A stretch of DNA of 64,000 nt, from assembly GCF_006345805.1 (NCBI RefSeq), contig NC_043011.1, positions 17,186,464 to 17,250,463 on the forward strand, read 5' to 3'. This stretch comes from Octopus sinensis. Taxonomy: Eukaryota. Below the pieces are notes generated by a model. It ran no database searches and had not been told where the DNA came from. It worked only from the letters and a program-made list of their open reading frames with translations. How positions within the stretch are numbered: the stretch's first letter is position 1; the number at the start of each line of letters is the position of its first letter. Position numbers and translations under genes: made by a program. Of the stretch, positions 26,300 to 37,270 are shown one piece after another.

Positions 26300-26480
26300 C
26301 TACACTGCCGGTGGCACGTGAAAAGCACCCACTACCCTCTCGGAGTGGTTGGCGTTAGGAAGAGCATCCAGCTGTAGAAACTCTGCCAGATCAAAACTGG
26401 AGCCTGGTGCAGCCATCTGCTTCACCAGCCCTCGGTCAAAATCGTCCAACCCATGCTAGCATGGAAAGCGGACGTTAAAC

Positions 26481-26510
<30 letters not shown>
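26300..26510 (+). mobile_element. Family C 3' part
   Basis: Core motif and long (GAT)n tail. Confidence 0.8.
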
Positions 26511-26513
<3 letters not shown>

Positions 26514-27189
26514 TATCCAATAATGCAAATGCTTTTGAAGAGTTGTCAATATTTTGATGCAAAATTTGGAATTTTCAGTTCAAAACTAGGGATTCAAACT
26601 GGCTGCTCAATGAAACTGCTGCTAGGAGTTGGCCATTTTGCCACTGTATGCGGGTCCTTTGAGAATTCTTGCTCTGTGATTATGATTATAAGTTGTGAAA
26701 ATGTAATTGTGCACATAAAATTTCTTACAGATAAAGTGAGGATGATTTTTGCTTCAGTCTAATGCCATGATGAAAAGCAATAATGACATGAGATTCCTGA
26801 ACTGCTTCAAATTCTTTTGATATGAACATAATATTTTCAGGGACAAATGTGCAAATGTATTCCTTAATAAAGAGATCCAAAGATTATATTACTTATCCTT
26901 GATGAACCCCTCTGTAATCGCTGAGCATAAATCTTAGATTTTACCTTACTATATACCAAATTCTGTTGATATTGTTGGTTAGCAAATATTAATCCTCAGA
27001 ATTAATTTTATGATAAACGAATTGGTAATTCAAAATTAGATTGACTAAACAGATGGAACGCAATATCTAGAAGTGAATATTTTTCAAATATCTGGCAATC
27101 AGTATAGCCTATAGCAGTACCCAGGTGTTTGTGTATGGAGACTGGTTTGCATCATAGTATATATATATTTTTTCTTTTAAGACCCCTCA

Positions 27190-27611
<422 letters not shown>

Positions 27612-27759
27612 ATCATAGCTTTTGTCTTTAAAAAAGTAAGTGATCTGTTCCCAATGCATCCCAATGAATATCTTTTACTACAATCATACGTGAGACAAAG
27701 GATGTTTTTTTAATTGGACTATAGATGAATTCAACCATCCTAAAACATTACTGTAGATC

Positions 27760-28160
27760 ACCTGATAAGTAGCTTGCTTACGAACTACATGGTTCCAGGT
27801 TCAGTCTCACTGTGTGGAAAATTGAGCAAGTGTCTTCTACTATAGCCTTGGGCCAACCAAAGCCTTGTGAGTGGATTTTGGTAGACGGAAACTGAAAGAA
27901 GCCCGTCATATATATATGTATATATATATATATATGTATGTGTGTGTATATATTTGTATGTCTGTGTTTGTCCCCCAATATCACTTGACAACCAATGCTG
28001 GTGTGCTTGCATCCCTGTAACTTAGCGGTTTAGCAAAAGACACTGATAGAATAAGTACTAGGCTTACAAAAGTAAGCCCTGCGGTCGATTTGCTCGACTA
28101 AAAGTGGTGCTCCAGCACGGCCACTGTCAAATGACTGAAACAAGTAAAAGTGTAAAAGAG
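27760..28160 (+). mobile_element. SINE family B
   Basis: Near full-length match. Confidence 0.8.
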
Positions 28161-28930
28161 TATATGATACTGATAAACTATAATAATTTTTTTTTATAGT
28201 AACATGCCTTTTATATAATAATATTCATTAATACAAGTCTATGCTTATATAATAACACATTTTATTATATAAAGTAAAACCATGTTTGTTCTTTGCTGGA
28301 GGTCATTGTTTTTCACCAAGCTTGCTGAAATGTTCCTCTAGCTAGCTGAAATTTTCACCTAGCTAGCAGAAATCATTTCAAGAGGAATGTAATAGGCTAT
28401 GCAACTTTTCTTATACTTTCTATGTTCTCAGAAAATCTGAGAATACTGTATGGCTCAGAGTACTACAGTAGATGTCGGAAAAAAGTTACAGACTTGAAAA
28501 ATAAATCAGTTACTCTAATTATTTAATTTATTTAAATTAGTGTAATTATTTAAATTAGTACAGGACTTTGACAATAAAAGCAATAAAAAACAAAAACAAA
28601 AACAAAGAAACAAACATTTGATGCAAATAGAGAAACAATAGCATTTTATGAAGCTCATCTCGAATTATATACTGAATGATTTCTACACAATTCTGGATAA
28701 GTGATCATAAGCTGGGTAAAGTGATGTCAGTCAAATGTTTTTAAATCAATATATTCATGTAATTGTAGTGTGGCTGTGTGACAAGGAGTTTACTTCTCAA
28801 CTACATGGTTTAAACCCACTGCATAGCACCTACAACAGGTGTTTTCAGCTATAGCATAAGGCTGACCAATGCCTTGCGAGTAGATTTAGTAAATGGAGAC
28901 TGAAAGAAGCCCATAGTGTATATATATATA

Positions 28931-29415
28931 AGTTCAGCAAAAATTTAGATTCAGATGAATATGGTACTTAAGTTAAAGGCACCAGAATTTGGTATGGTAT
29001 TATCCATACAAATCAAATGGGGTGATTATAATCAAAATAAGCAACAAGGATATCTAAAGGTAGTGTAGTACAATCGTTTAATGCTACTTCATTTATTTAA
29101 ACAATGTAAGTATTACATTAATTTTAAAATGTAGAGCACTCTTCAGCCACACATGGAATTTTAAAAATTAATTTGACAATGTTCATTTTTTATACTTATA
29201 CCATTTGCTGACATTACAAAGAGGGTAGGTATATAGAAGTATAAAAAAATGAACATTGTCAATTTAATTTTAAAAATTCCATATGTGGCTGAAGAGTGTT
29301 CTACATTTTAAAATTGATGTAATACTTACATTGTTTAATTAAATGAAGTAGCATTAAACAGTTGTACTACACTACCTTTAGATATCCTTGTTGCTTATTT
29401 TGATTATAATCACCC
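28931..29415. mobile_element. Asymmetric fold-back element flanked by (TA)n
   Basis: Arms 29020-29197 and 29237-29415 (~178 bp) are reverse complements; extra 89 bp on the left only; homologous to 42939-43134. Confidence 0.85.
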
Positions 29416-29423
29416 TATATATA

Positions 29424-29685
29424 TCATCATCATCGTTTAACGTCCGTTTTCCGTGCTAGCACGCATTGGGCGGTTCGACCGGGGTCTGGGAAGCCAGGGG
29501 CTACACCAGGCTCCAGTCTGATCTGGCAGTGTTTCTACAGCTTGATGCCCTTCCTAAAGCCAACCACTCAGTGAGTGTAGTGGGTGCTTTTTTACGTGCC
29601 ACCTTCCCAGGTGCCAGGGGGGGTCTGGCATCGGCCACGATCGGTTGGTGCTTTTAACGTGCCACCGGCACGGAAGCCAGCCAAT
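29424..29685 (-). mobile_element. Family C element
   Basis: CATCATCATCGTTTAACGTCCG...GATGCCCTTCCTAAAGCCAACC. Confidence 0.8.
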
Positions 29686-29700
29686 ATATATATATATATA

Positions 29701-31535
29701 TTGATCAAAATAAAATAAAAACATGATGCGAAGGATTCAGCGGTACATATGTTTCGGGCCATTATTAGACAGATTTATAACAATGCATAATGTATGTCTG
29801 TGGCCTTCTTCAGCCGCGCACAACAGCTTCCACAAGGACATGTGTTACATCAAAAATTCTTGGTTGGGGATGCGAATCCTCTCATTCGCGTACGACATAA
29901 TGCGGCAGCAGCATAGAATTGAAGCGTCCATCTCCTTCTTCTCTCAATGTAGAATGAGGAAAACTGGATGTTGAGGTAATGTAAATAAATAAATACATAT
30001 ATAGACGTGAAGATGGAGGGGCGAGAATTCGGGACCAGGGATAACAAATGTATAAAAGGTGTAAGTATAGAAAAATATAAAAATGTAGAGCATAAAGATA
30101 TAAGAGTTATAAGGAGATGTAAAGGGGGTATAAAGGATATAAAGAAATATAAGTAAATGTAAAGGCATAAGGTTATAAAGTAAAAATAGAAATAGAAATA
30201 AGAGTAAAAAAACATGATAAAAACATGATAAAAATGTAAAAGAATGTAAAGATAAGGGATGTATAGAGGTTACGGACCAAGCATGGTGGTCAGGAAATTG
30301 ATACAATTTAGTTGTAGAATTGTCAGTAAATCAACAGTTTCGTCTGGGGACCTAATGTGTTGTAAATCAGAGTTGATGAGCATTTAATCTGGTTTCTTGA
30401 ATTAAATGGACTTCTAGTACATACATATCATCATGGATACATACACCCACATACACGCGTACATATACGCCTCCAAGCCTATAAGCATACACACGCACTC
30501 GCGTGTAAACATGTACATAAACACACACGCACCCACACGCACGCGCGTACACACACATACATACAACAGAATATCCGCATGCATACACGGACACTATACG
30601 CGTACACACTCACATGTACATACGCGCCCATCCCTACATACACACACGTATATGCCCACGCCTCTATGTCTAGATATAAGATATTAAAGGATGTATATAA
30701 GAACGTATGTAAACAGTCACGTACTCATGTCTATACGTGCACGCACACACGGCTGTGTGTCCGTATTCGCGTGCACATATACACTCACATACACAGAGAC
30801 ACACGCGCACATGGGTATAGCTATAAGATATCGAAATATGCATGTACATATATGCGCGTGCATATGTATGTATGCGTATACACACGTACGCGGACGCTCG
30901 TATAGTCAAAAAGTGGATCTATAGGTAAGTAAATAAACATATATAGAGGTATAAAGCGATAAGTTAGGGGTAAGGATGTGGGTAAGGGTAAAAATTAGAA
31001 ATAAAAAATACAGTATAAAAAATAAGAAATACAATGTAATAGTTAGAAATGAAATATAAGAATTATAAAAATTATAAGAGTTAAGGTAAGGGATGAAAAT
31101 AAAAATGAGAATAAATGGAAGTAGAATAAAAGTAAAAATAAAGATAAATGGAAGTAGGATAAAAGTAAAAATAAAAGTAAAAATAAAAATAAAATAAAAT
31201 AAGATAAAAATATAATTTGGTAAAATTTAACATGAGATGAAGGTGGTTGAAAGTTAGAGGTGTGTGTTAAACGTAGGGGCGGGCGGGGGGAACTGAAAAT
31301 TGGAAGGGTGGGAAGTGGAGTTTGGCGGTGTGCGTTCAACATCCGAGTTAGAAATGTGAAAGGGTATAGATATAGGGAATTAAAGAGACTATATAGGGAG
31401 GATATGGGTGTAGGAGAAGAAATATTTAGGGAAAAGAAGTCATATATGGGAGACAAAATTTGTATATATAGGAGGAAAATGCAGGGAACCGTATATGCAC
31501 ATACACACACCCACACACACACACACACGCACATG

Positions 31536-31566
<31 letters not shown>

Positions 31567-31790
31567 GTACACGTATGTGCACATACACACACATACACAC
31601 ACACATACGCATATACACGCACATATAGGAAAACGGGAAGTGCTGGAGCCGATAGGTTGCACCGGGTGGGAGGAAATTGCATGGGGGAGTTGGTATAAGA
31701 CCTAAGCTTTGTAGTATTTGAAAGTATTAATAAGTTTGTGTATACAGGATGGTTTGAACTCTGACCTTTTGTACTCACCCCGAATTTATA
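29701..31790 (-). mobile_element. Putative Penelope-like element 3' portion (low-complexity UTR with hammerhead)
   Basis: Bounded by (TA)n on both sides; CpG-retaining segments; pyrimidine-rich on minus strand; hammerhead ~40 nt from the 3' (TA)n; no convincing ORF. Confidence 0.5.
29740..29817 (-). ncRNA. Type I hammerhead ribozyme motif
   Basis: Minus strand GCGG-CUGAAGA-A-GGCC...GGCC-C-GAAA-CAUAUG-U-A-CCGC: complete core, stem I GCGG/CCGC, palindromic loop III, GUA cleavage triplet. Confidence 0.75.
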
Positions 31791-31913
31791 TATATATATA
31801 TATATAACAATTTAGGAATGGCCTAAACAGGCCATTCGTCCACCAGAAAGAGCAGCCAGAACTCCTACCGCCAAGTAGTGTAATTCGGAAATAAGGTGAA
31901 ATTTAAAAACATT

Positions 31914-31974
<61 letters not shown>

Positions 31975-32694
31975 GTATGTGTGTGTGTGTGTGTGTGTGT
32001 GTATGTCTTCATGTTTGTGTTGTCCCCCACCATTTCTGGACAACTGGTATCGATGTGTTTAAGTCCCCATAATTTTGTGATTCAGCAAAAGAGAACCATA
32101 GAATAAGCACCAAGCTCGGAAAAAAAAAAATAGTTCTAGGACCGATTTATTCAACTAAAATTCTTCACGGTGGTGCCTCAGCATGGCTGATGTCTAATGA
32201 CTGAAGCAAGTTATAAAGTAAAACAATAAAAAAAAATTACATTTCAATAAACATGCTGATAATCTATAACTATCATAAAATAATTGTCTCAAATTTCGGC
32301 ATAAGACCAGCAATTTTAGTGGGTAAGGCTTAATTGATTACATAAACTCAGTACTTAAGGGGTATGCTATTAACCCCTGCTTGAAAGGATGAAATGCAAA
32401 GTTGACCTTGGTAGGAATTGAACTCATGACTGGAACAAAGAATGCACAGCATTTTTTCTGATTCTCTAATAATCCTAGCAGCTGGCTGCTTTACTGTAAT
32501 AAAATAATCCTTTCTACTATAGGTGCATGAGTGGCTGCACACACACACACACACACACGCACGCACGCACGCAGAGTGAAAAGATTCAAGAAATAATTTT
32601 TGAGAAAAAATTCCACATTGTGAATTGTAGTGAAAAAATATGGAAAGAAGGAAAATGCACAGAGATTTCATGTCGGACAACACATACACCTAAG

Positions 32695-33025
32695 ACTCCC
32701 TTTGGTCATGAATGACCATTGGATTGCACCTAGAAAGTTACCTTCCGTGGCACAAGTCCGGGCAAGGTTGTTTGTAGAAGGCCAGCAGTTGCCCATGCAT
32801 ATCAGACTCCCCTCTCCACACCACTGATGTTATCCAAGAGAAAAGCAAAGGCTGATACAACTTGGCACCTGTGACGTCGCAACTCATTTCTCCAGCTGAG
32901 TGAACGGGAGCAACGTGAAATAAAGTGTCTTGCTCAAGAACACAACATGCAGCCCGGTCCGGGATTCAAACTAACAATCTCACGATCGTAAGCTCGTCGC
33001 TCTAACCACTGAGCCATGCATCTTC
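32695..33025 (-). mobile_element. SINE family D
   Basis: Reverse complement of the 2043-2390 type. Confidence 0.85.
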
Positions 33026-33249
33026 ACATACATACACACATACATAGATAACTATTTATGTTAAGTAGTTGGTAATAATGACCACTTTCCCATATGCTAA
33101 ATAATTAATAATAATGTTACAATTTCTTGCAATCATAATAAGTTTTCATTCCATGCTAGTAGAAGGAAAGATGTTTTGTACATGAATCAGGAGACAAATA
33201 TATATACATGCATATATATATATGTATATGTATAAATATATATATATCA

Positions 33250-33720
33250 TCACCATCATCGCTTAATGTCTGCTTTCCATGCTAGCATGGGTTGGACGTA
33301 TGACTGAAGCTGGTGAACCAGATGGCTGCACCAGGCTTCAATCTTGATTTGGCAGAGTTTCTACAGCTGGATGCCCTTCCTAATACCAACCACTCCGAGA
33401 GTGTAGTGGGTGCTTTCATGTGCCACCGGCATGGGGCCAGTCCAGCAGCACTGGCAACGACCTCGTTCAAATCTTTTACACATGCCACCGGCACGGGTGC
33501 CAGTAAGGTGATGCTAGTAACGATCACGCTCGAATGGTGTCATTTATATGCCACCGGCACTGAGGCTAGATAGCCGCTCTGGCAACGATCATGGTCGGAT
33601 GGTGCTCTTTATACCCTACTAGCACGGAGCTCAAGTGCCAGTAATGCGACGCTGGTAATGATCACGCTCGAATGGTGCCTTTTAAGTGCCACTGGCATGG
33701 AAGCCGGTTAGCCACTCTGT
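33250..33720 (-). mobile_element. Family C element (long form with internal subrepeats)
   Basis: Repeated GCCACCGGCAC / ACGATCACGCTCGAATGGTG units. Confidence 0.8.
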
Positions 33721-33799
33721 CAATGATATATATATATACAAATATAAAAAAAAAAACATGTATGTGTGTGTGTGTGTGTGTATGTGTGTGCACATGTAC

Positions 33800-34165
33800 T
33801 CTTTTACTCTTTTACTTGTTTCAGTCATTTGGCTGTGGCCATGCTGGAACACTGCCTTTAGTCGAGCAAATCGACCCCGGGACTTATTCTATCGCTCTCT
33901 TTTGCTGAACCGCTAAGTAACGGGGACATAAACACACCAACATCGGTTGTCAAGCAATGCTGGGGGAACAAACACAGACACACAAACATACACACATATA
34001 TACATATACACGACGGGCTTCATTCAGTTTCCGTCTACCAAATCCACTCACAATGCTTTGGTCAGCCCGAGGCTATAGTAGAAGACACTTGCCCAAGATG
34101 CCATGCAGTGGGATTGAACTCGGAACCATGTGGTTGGTAAGCAAGCTACTTACCACACAGCCTGA
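33800..34165 (-). mobile_element. SINE family B
   Basis: Reverse-strand copy. Confidence 0.85.
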
Positions 34166-34396
34166 TTCATAAGATGTGCTAAATTACAAAACATCAATAC
34201 ATAAATGTATTGTATTCCTTATTTATTATAACTGAAAGGTTCATAATTGCCAGTTTTCTGAATACCATGTTTCTGCTCATTCTGCTGTAAATATGACCGT
34301 TTCTTTTTAATTATCTACTGCTTGAATATGTTTTTTAAATATGAAAGCTATAAAAAAATCTTTACATTTATGTTTGTAAATAATCTTGCATGTATA

Positions 34397-34560
34397 GACA
34401 TAGGAGTGGCTGTGTTGTAAGCTGCTTGCTTACGAACATCATGGTTCCAGGTTCAGTCACATTGTGTGTCACCTTGGGCAAGTGACTTCTACTATAGCCT
34501 CGGCCCGACCAAAGCCTTATGAGTTGATTTGGTAGACAGAAACTGAAAGAAGCCCATTGT
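34397..34560 (+). mobile_element. SINE family B 5' half (3' half at ~37770-38007)
   Basis: Ends GAAAGAAGCCCATTGTATATA; resumes GTTTGTGTGTCTGTGTTTGTCCCCCC after ~3.2 kb of inserts. Confidence 0.85.
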
Positions 34561-34561
34561 A

Positions 34562-34635
<74 letters not shown>

Positions 34636-34637
<2 letters not shown>

Positions 34638-34843
34638 ATGTTGATTCGTTAGCTACTGCACGCATTTTTTTTCTCTCCTTCTTTCTGTGTTTTTCTCTCT
34701 CTGTGTATCTTTCTGTTGAAGAGCGTAGGCTCGAAACGTTAAAGACTTGTTTTATTTATATTTCCTGAGCGCCATACTAATACAATTGTTCGTTTGTTTT
34801 CCACCTGCCTTCGTCTTTTGTTTATTTTCATAAAGCTTCCCGT
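34636..34843 (+). mobile_element. Short PLE-like 3' tail fragment between (TA)n tracts
   Basis: T-rich, CpG-retaining, contains a hammerhead-like motif, ends in (TA)n. Confidence 0.5.
34708..34745 (+). ncRNA. Minimal hammerhead-like motif (variant core)
   Basis: UCUUU-CUGUUGA-A-GAGC(GUAG)GCUC-GAAA-CG-UU-AAAGA; stems I and II pair; core A6 replaced by U. Confidence 0.5.
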
Positions 34844-35044
34844 TATATATATATATATAATTGTAAAAAATGAAGTTCGAAAATGCTGCTGTATTATACA
34901 ATTTTTAATTTTTATATATACATTATAACATGTTTCAGTTCCTGAAATGAACCTTATCAAAAAAAGTTATATATAAAAAAGACAGCTCATGCCGTCAAAC
35001 ACAAGAAATTCATTTATAATACACAACGGAGTCAGACATCTTAG

Positions 35045-35136
35045 AGTTCATGTATAGTTGATATATAGTTCATGTATAGTTGATATATAGTTCATGTATA
35101 GTTGATATATAGTTCATGTATAGTTGATATATAGTT
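35045..35136. repeat. 22-bp tandem repeat x4 (x2 in the right arm, ~37487-37534)
   Basis: AGTTCATGTATAGTTGATATAT starts at 35045, 35067, 35089, 35111. Confidence 0.9.
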
Positions 35137-35268
35137 TGAAGTATATGTTCAAAGTGTTCGATGCAGTGGCCCACGGTGGCGATACGTATTCAATACAAAA
35201 AACAGATCAAAGTGGTGGAAAGCGGTCAATACAGAAGATTGATGTTTCCGAAAGAGCGAGGAATTCAT

Positions 35269-35352
35269 TTTTACCTTAAGCAATTGTGATGACCCATGGT
35301 GGAAGTTCGCTGGGTGGTTCTAGTGAGTTTTTGTGAAATGCTCGGTTTTATA
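35269..35352 (-). promoter_or_regulatory. Mirror copy of the pLTR core promoter, facing leftward
   Basis: Reverse complement: TATA 35352-35346, Inr A 35324, ATG 35297, donor after 35275. Confidence 0.7.
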
Positions 35353-35978
35353 ATGCCTGTTAGGTGGTCAATCTAGCGTAGCGTGACGTCATCAATGTTT
35401 TGACCAATCGTTTCGTTAGGTGGCTTTAATCAAGTAGAACGGGACGTCATCATTATTTTGACCAATCGCTGCATTATAACTCCCTCTTGTTTGTTTCCTG
35501 TTTTGACCAGTCGCTTCGTTAGTCAAGTAGAACGGGTCGTCATCATTATTTTGACCAATCGCTGCATTATATCTGCCTCTTGTTTGTTTCCTGTTTTGAC
35601 CAGTCGCTTCGTTAGTCAAGCAGAGCGGGACGTCATCCAGATTCTGCCCAATCACGACTTATAGCTACATTAGATCTGCCCCCTGTCTGTACTTGTTAGG
35701 TGACTATTCAAGCAGAAAAGGACGTCATCAATATTCTGACTAATGACTGTCCCCTGTTTGTATCCTGTCCATTCTAGCAGAGCTAGACGTCATCAACTTG
35801 TTGACCAATCAGAATCGGGTCTGACCCTTAGCTGTATCGTATATATCAGGGTCAGATTTGCACGAAAGAATTTTTTTCCTTTTTTACTAAGGCATATTTC
35901 CGTCAGAGTGAGTGTCTGTTTGAAGCAGCGGCCGTGGTGGAACCCCGCTTCTCCCTTTCGGAGGACTTATCTTTTGTT

Positions 35979-36275
35979 TTAGTATTCTTGGCCCAGGGTG
36001 TTTAAACTTGGTCTAAATTTTTTTATGAAATATAGTTCTTTATTTTGGCGTTGTGTGAAGGTTGCGTTGTCACTGAATTTATAGAGCGGGTTAGTTGTAA
36101 ATTTCGGATTTACATTTCCAGCACATCTATCTATGTGTCCGCTGACCGGTATTTTGCGGTAATCAGGGTTTCTAATTTGTGATTTATGCACCGCCATCCT
36201 GTTACGTAAGCTATTTTTTGTATGGCCTATATACTGCCTATTGCAGCCTGCGCATGTTATGACGTAAATTAAGTT
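35979..36275 (-). pseudogene. PLE GIY-YIG endonuclease C-terminal fragment (left arm)
   Basis: NLIYVITCAGCNRQYIGHTKNSLRNRMAVHKSQIRNPDYRKIPVSGHIDRC...RQNKELYFIKKFRPSLN. Confidence 0.9.
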
Positions 36276-36285
36276 TATAAATTAA

Positions 36286-36645
36286 GAATTTATACTGGAA
36301 CAAGGCCACCAGTTCACCATTAGAACAAACTTCACCTGCGCATAAGAAAACTTAATTTACGTCATAACATGCGCAGGCTGCAATAGGCAGTATATAGGCC
36401 ATACAAAAAATAGCTTACGTAACAGGATGGCGGTGCATAAATCACAAATTAGAAACCCTGATTACCGCAAAATACCGGTCAGCGGACACATAGATAGATG
36501 TGCTGGAAATGTAAATCCGAAATTTACAACTAACCCGCTCTATAAATTCAGTGACAACGCAACCTTCACACAACGCCAAAATAAAGAACTATATTTCATA
36601 AAAAAATTTAGACCAAGTTTAAACACCCTGGGCCAGGAATACTAA
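36286..36645 (+). pseudogene. PLE GIY-YIG endonuclease C-terminal fragment (right arm plus spacer)
   Basis: EFILEQGHQFTIRTNFTCA*ENLIYVITCAGCNRQYIGHTKNSLRNRMAVH...HIDRC...KELYFIKKFRPSLN; CxxC between IY and YIG plus two His (PLE CCHH motif); in-frame TAA at 36343-36345. Confidence 0.9.
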
Positions 36646-36814
36646 AACAAAAGATAAGTCCTCCGAAAGGGAGAAGCGGGGTTCCACCACGGCCGCTGCT
36701 TCAAACAGACACTCACTCTGACGGAAATATGCCTTAGTAAAAAAGGAAAAAAATTCTTTCGTGCAAATCTGACCCTGATACATACGATACAGCTGAGGGT
36801 CAGACCCGATTCTG

Positions 36815-37239
36815 ATTGGTCAACAAGTTGATGACGTCTAGCTCTGCTAGAATGGACAGGATACAAACAGGGGACAGTCATTAGTCAGAATATTGATGAC
36901 GTCCTTTTCTGCTTGAATAGTCACCTAACAAGTACAGACAGGGGGCAGATCTAATGTAGCTATAAGTCGTGATTGGGCAGAATCTGGATGACGTCCCGCT
37001 CTGCTTGACTAACGAAGCGACTGGTCAAAACAGGAAACAACAAGAGGCAGATATAATGCAGCGATTGGTCAAAATAATGATGACGTCCCGTTCTACTTGA
37101 CTAACGAAGCGACTGGTCAAAACAGGAAACAAACAAGAGGGAGTTATAATGCAGCGATTGGTCAAAATAATGATGACGTCCCGTTCTACTTGATTAAAGC
37201 CACCTAACGAAACGATTGGTCAAAACATTGATGACGTCA
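36815..37239 (+). promoter_or_regulatory. Enhancer array: 6 x (reverse CCAAT)-N12-CRE
   Basis: ATTGG at 36815, 36972, 37064, 37157, 37215 (ATTAG at 36880), each followed 12 nt later by TGACGTC at 36832, 36897, 36989, 37081, 37174, 37232; mirrored in the left arm. Confidence 0.75.
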
Positions 37240-37270
37240 CGCTACGCTAGATTGACCACCTAACAGGCAT

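Noticed and set aside
29280-29335. Hammerhead in the fold-back arm (CTGAAGAG plus hairpin)
   Set aside because: No GAAA after the hairpin; incomplete core.
35743-35982. 79-aa ORF duplicated in both arms (also 36642-36881)
   Set aside because: Antisense to the PLE 3' UTR with no protein motif; duplicated only because of the palindrome.
36277-36347. Parvovirus-type T-shaped hairpin or viral telomere at the palindrome centre
   Set aside because: The spacer reads as in-frame PLE GIY-YIG coding sequence and no Rep or capsid ORF is present.
36832-37239. CRISPR-like repeat array (also 3655-4245, 25592-25685)
   Set aside because: Contiguous tandem units without unique spacers, eukaryotic context, no cas genes.
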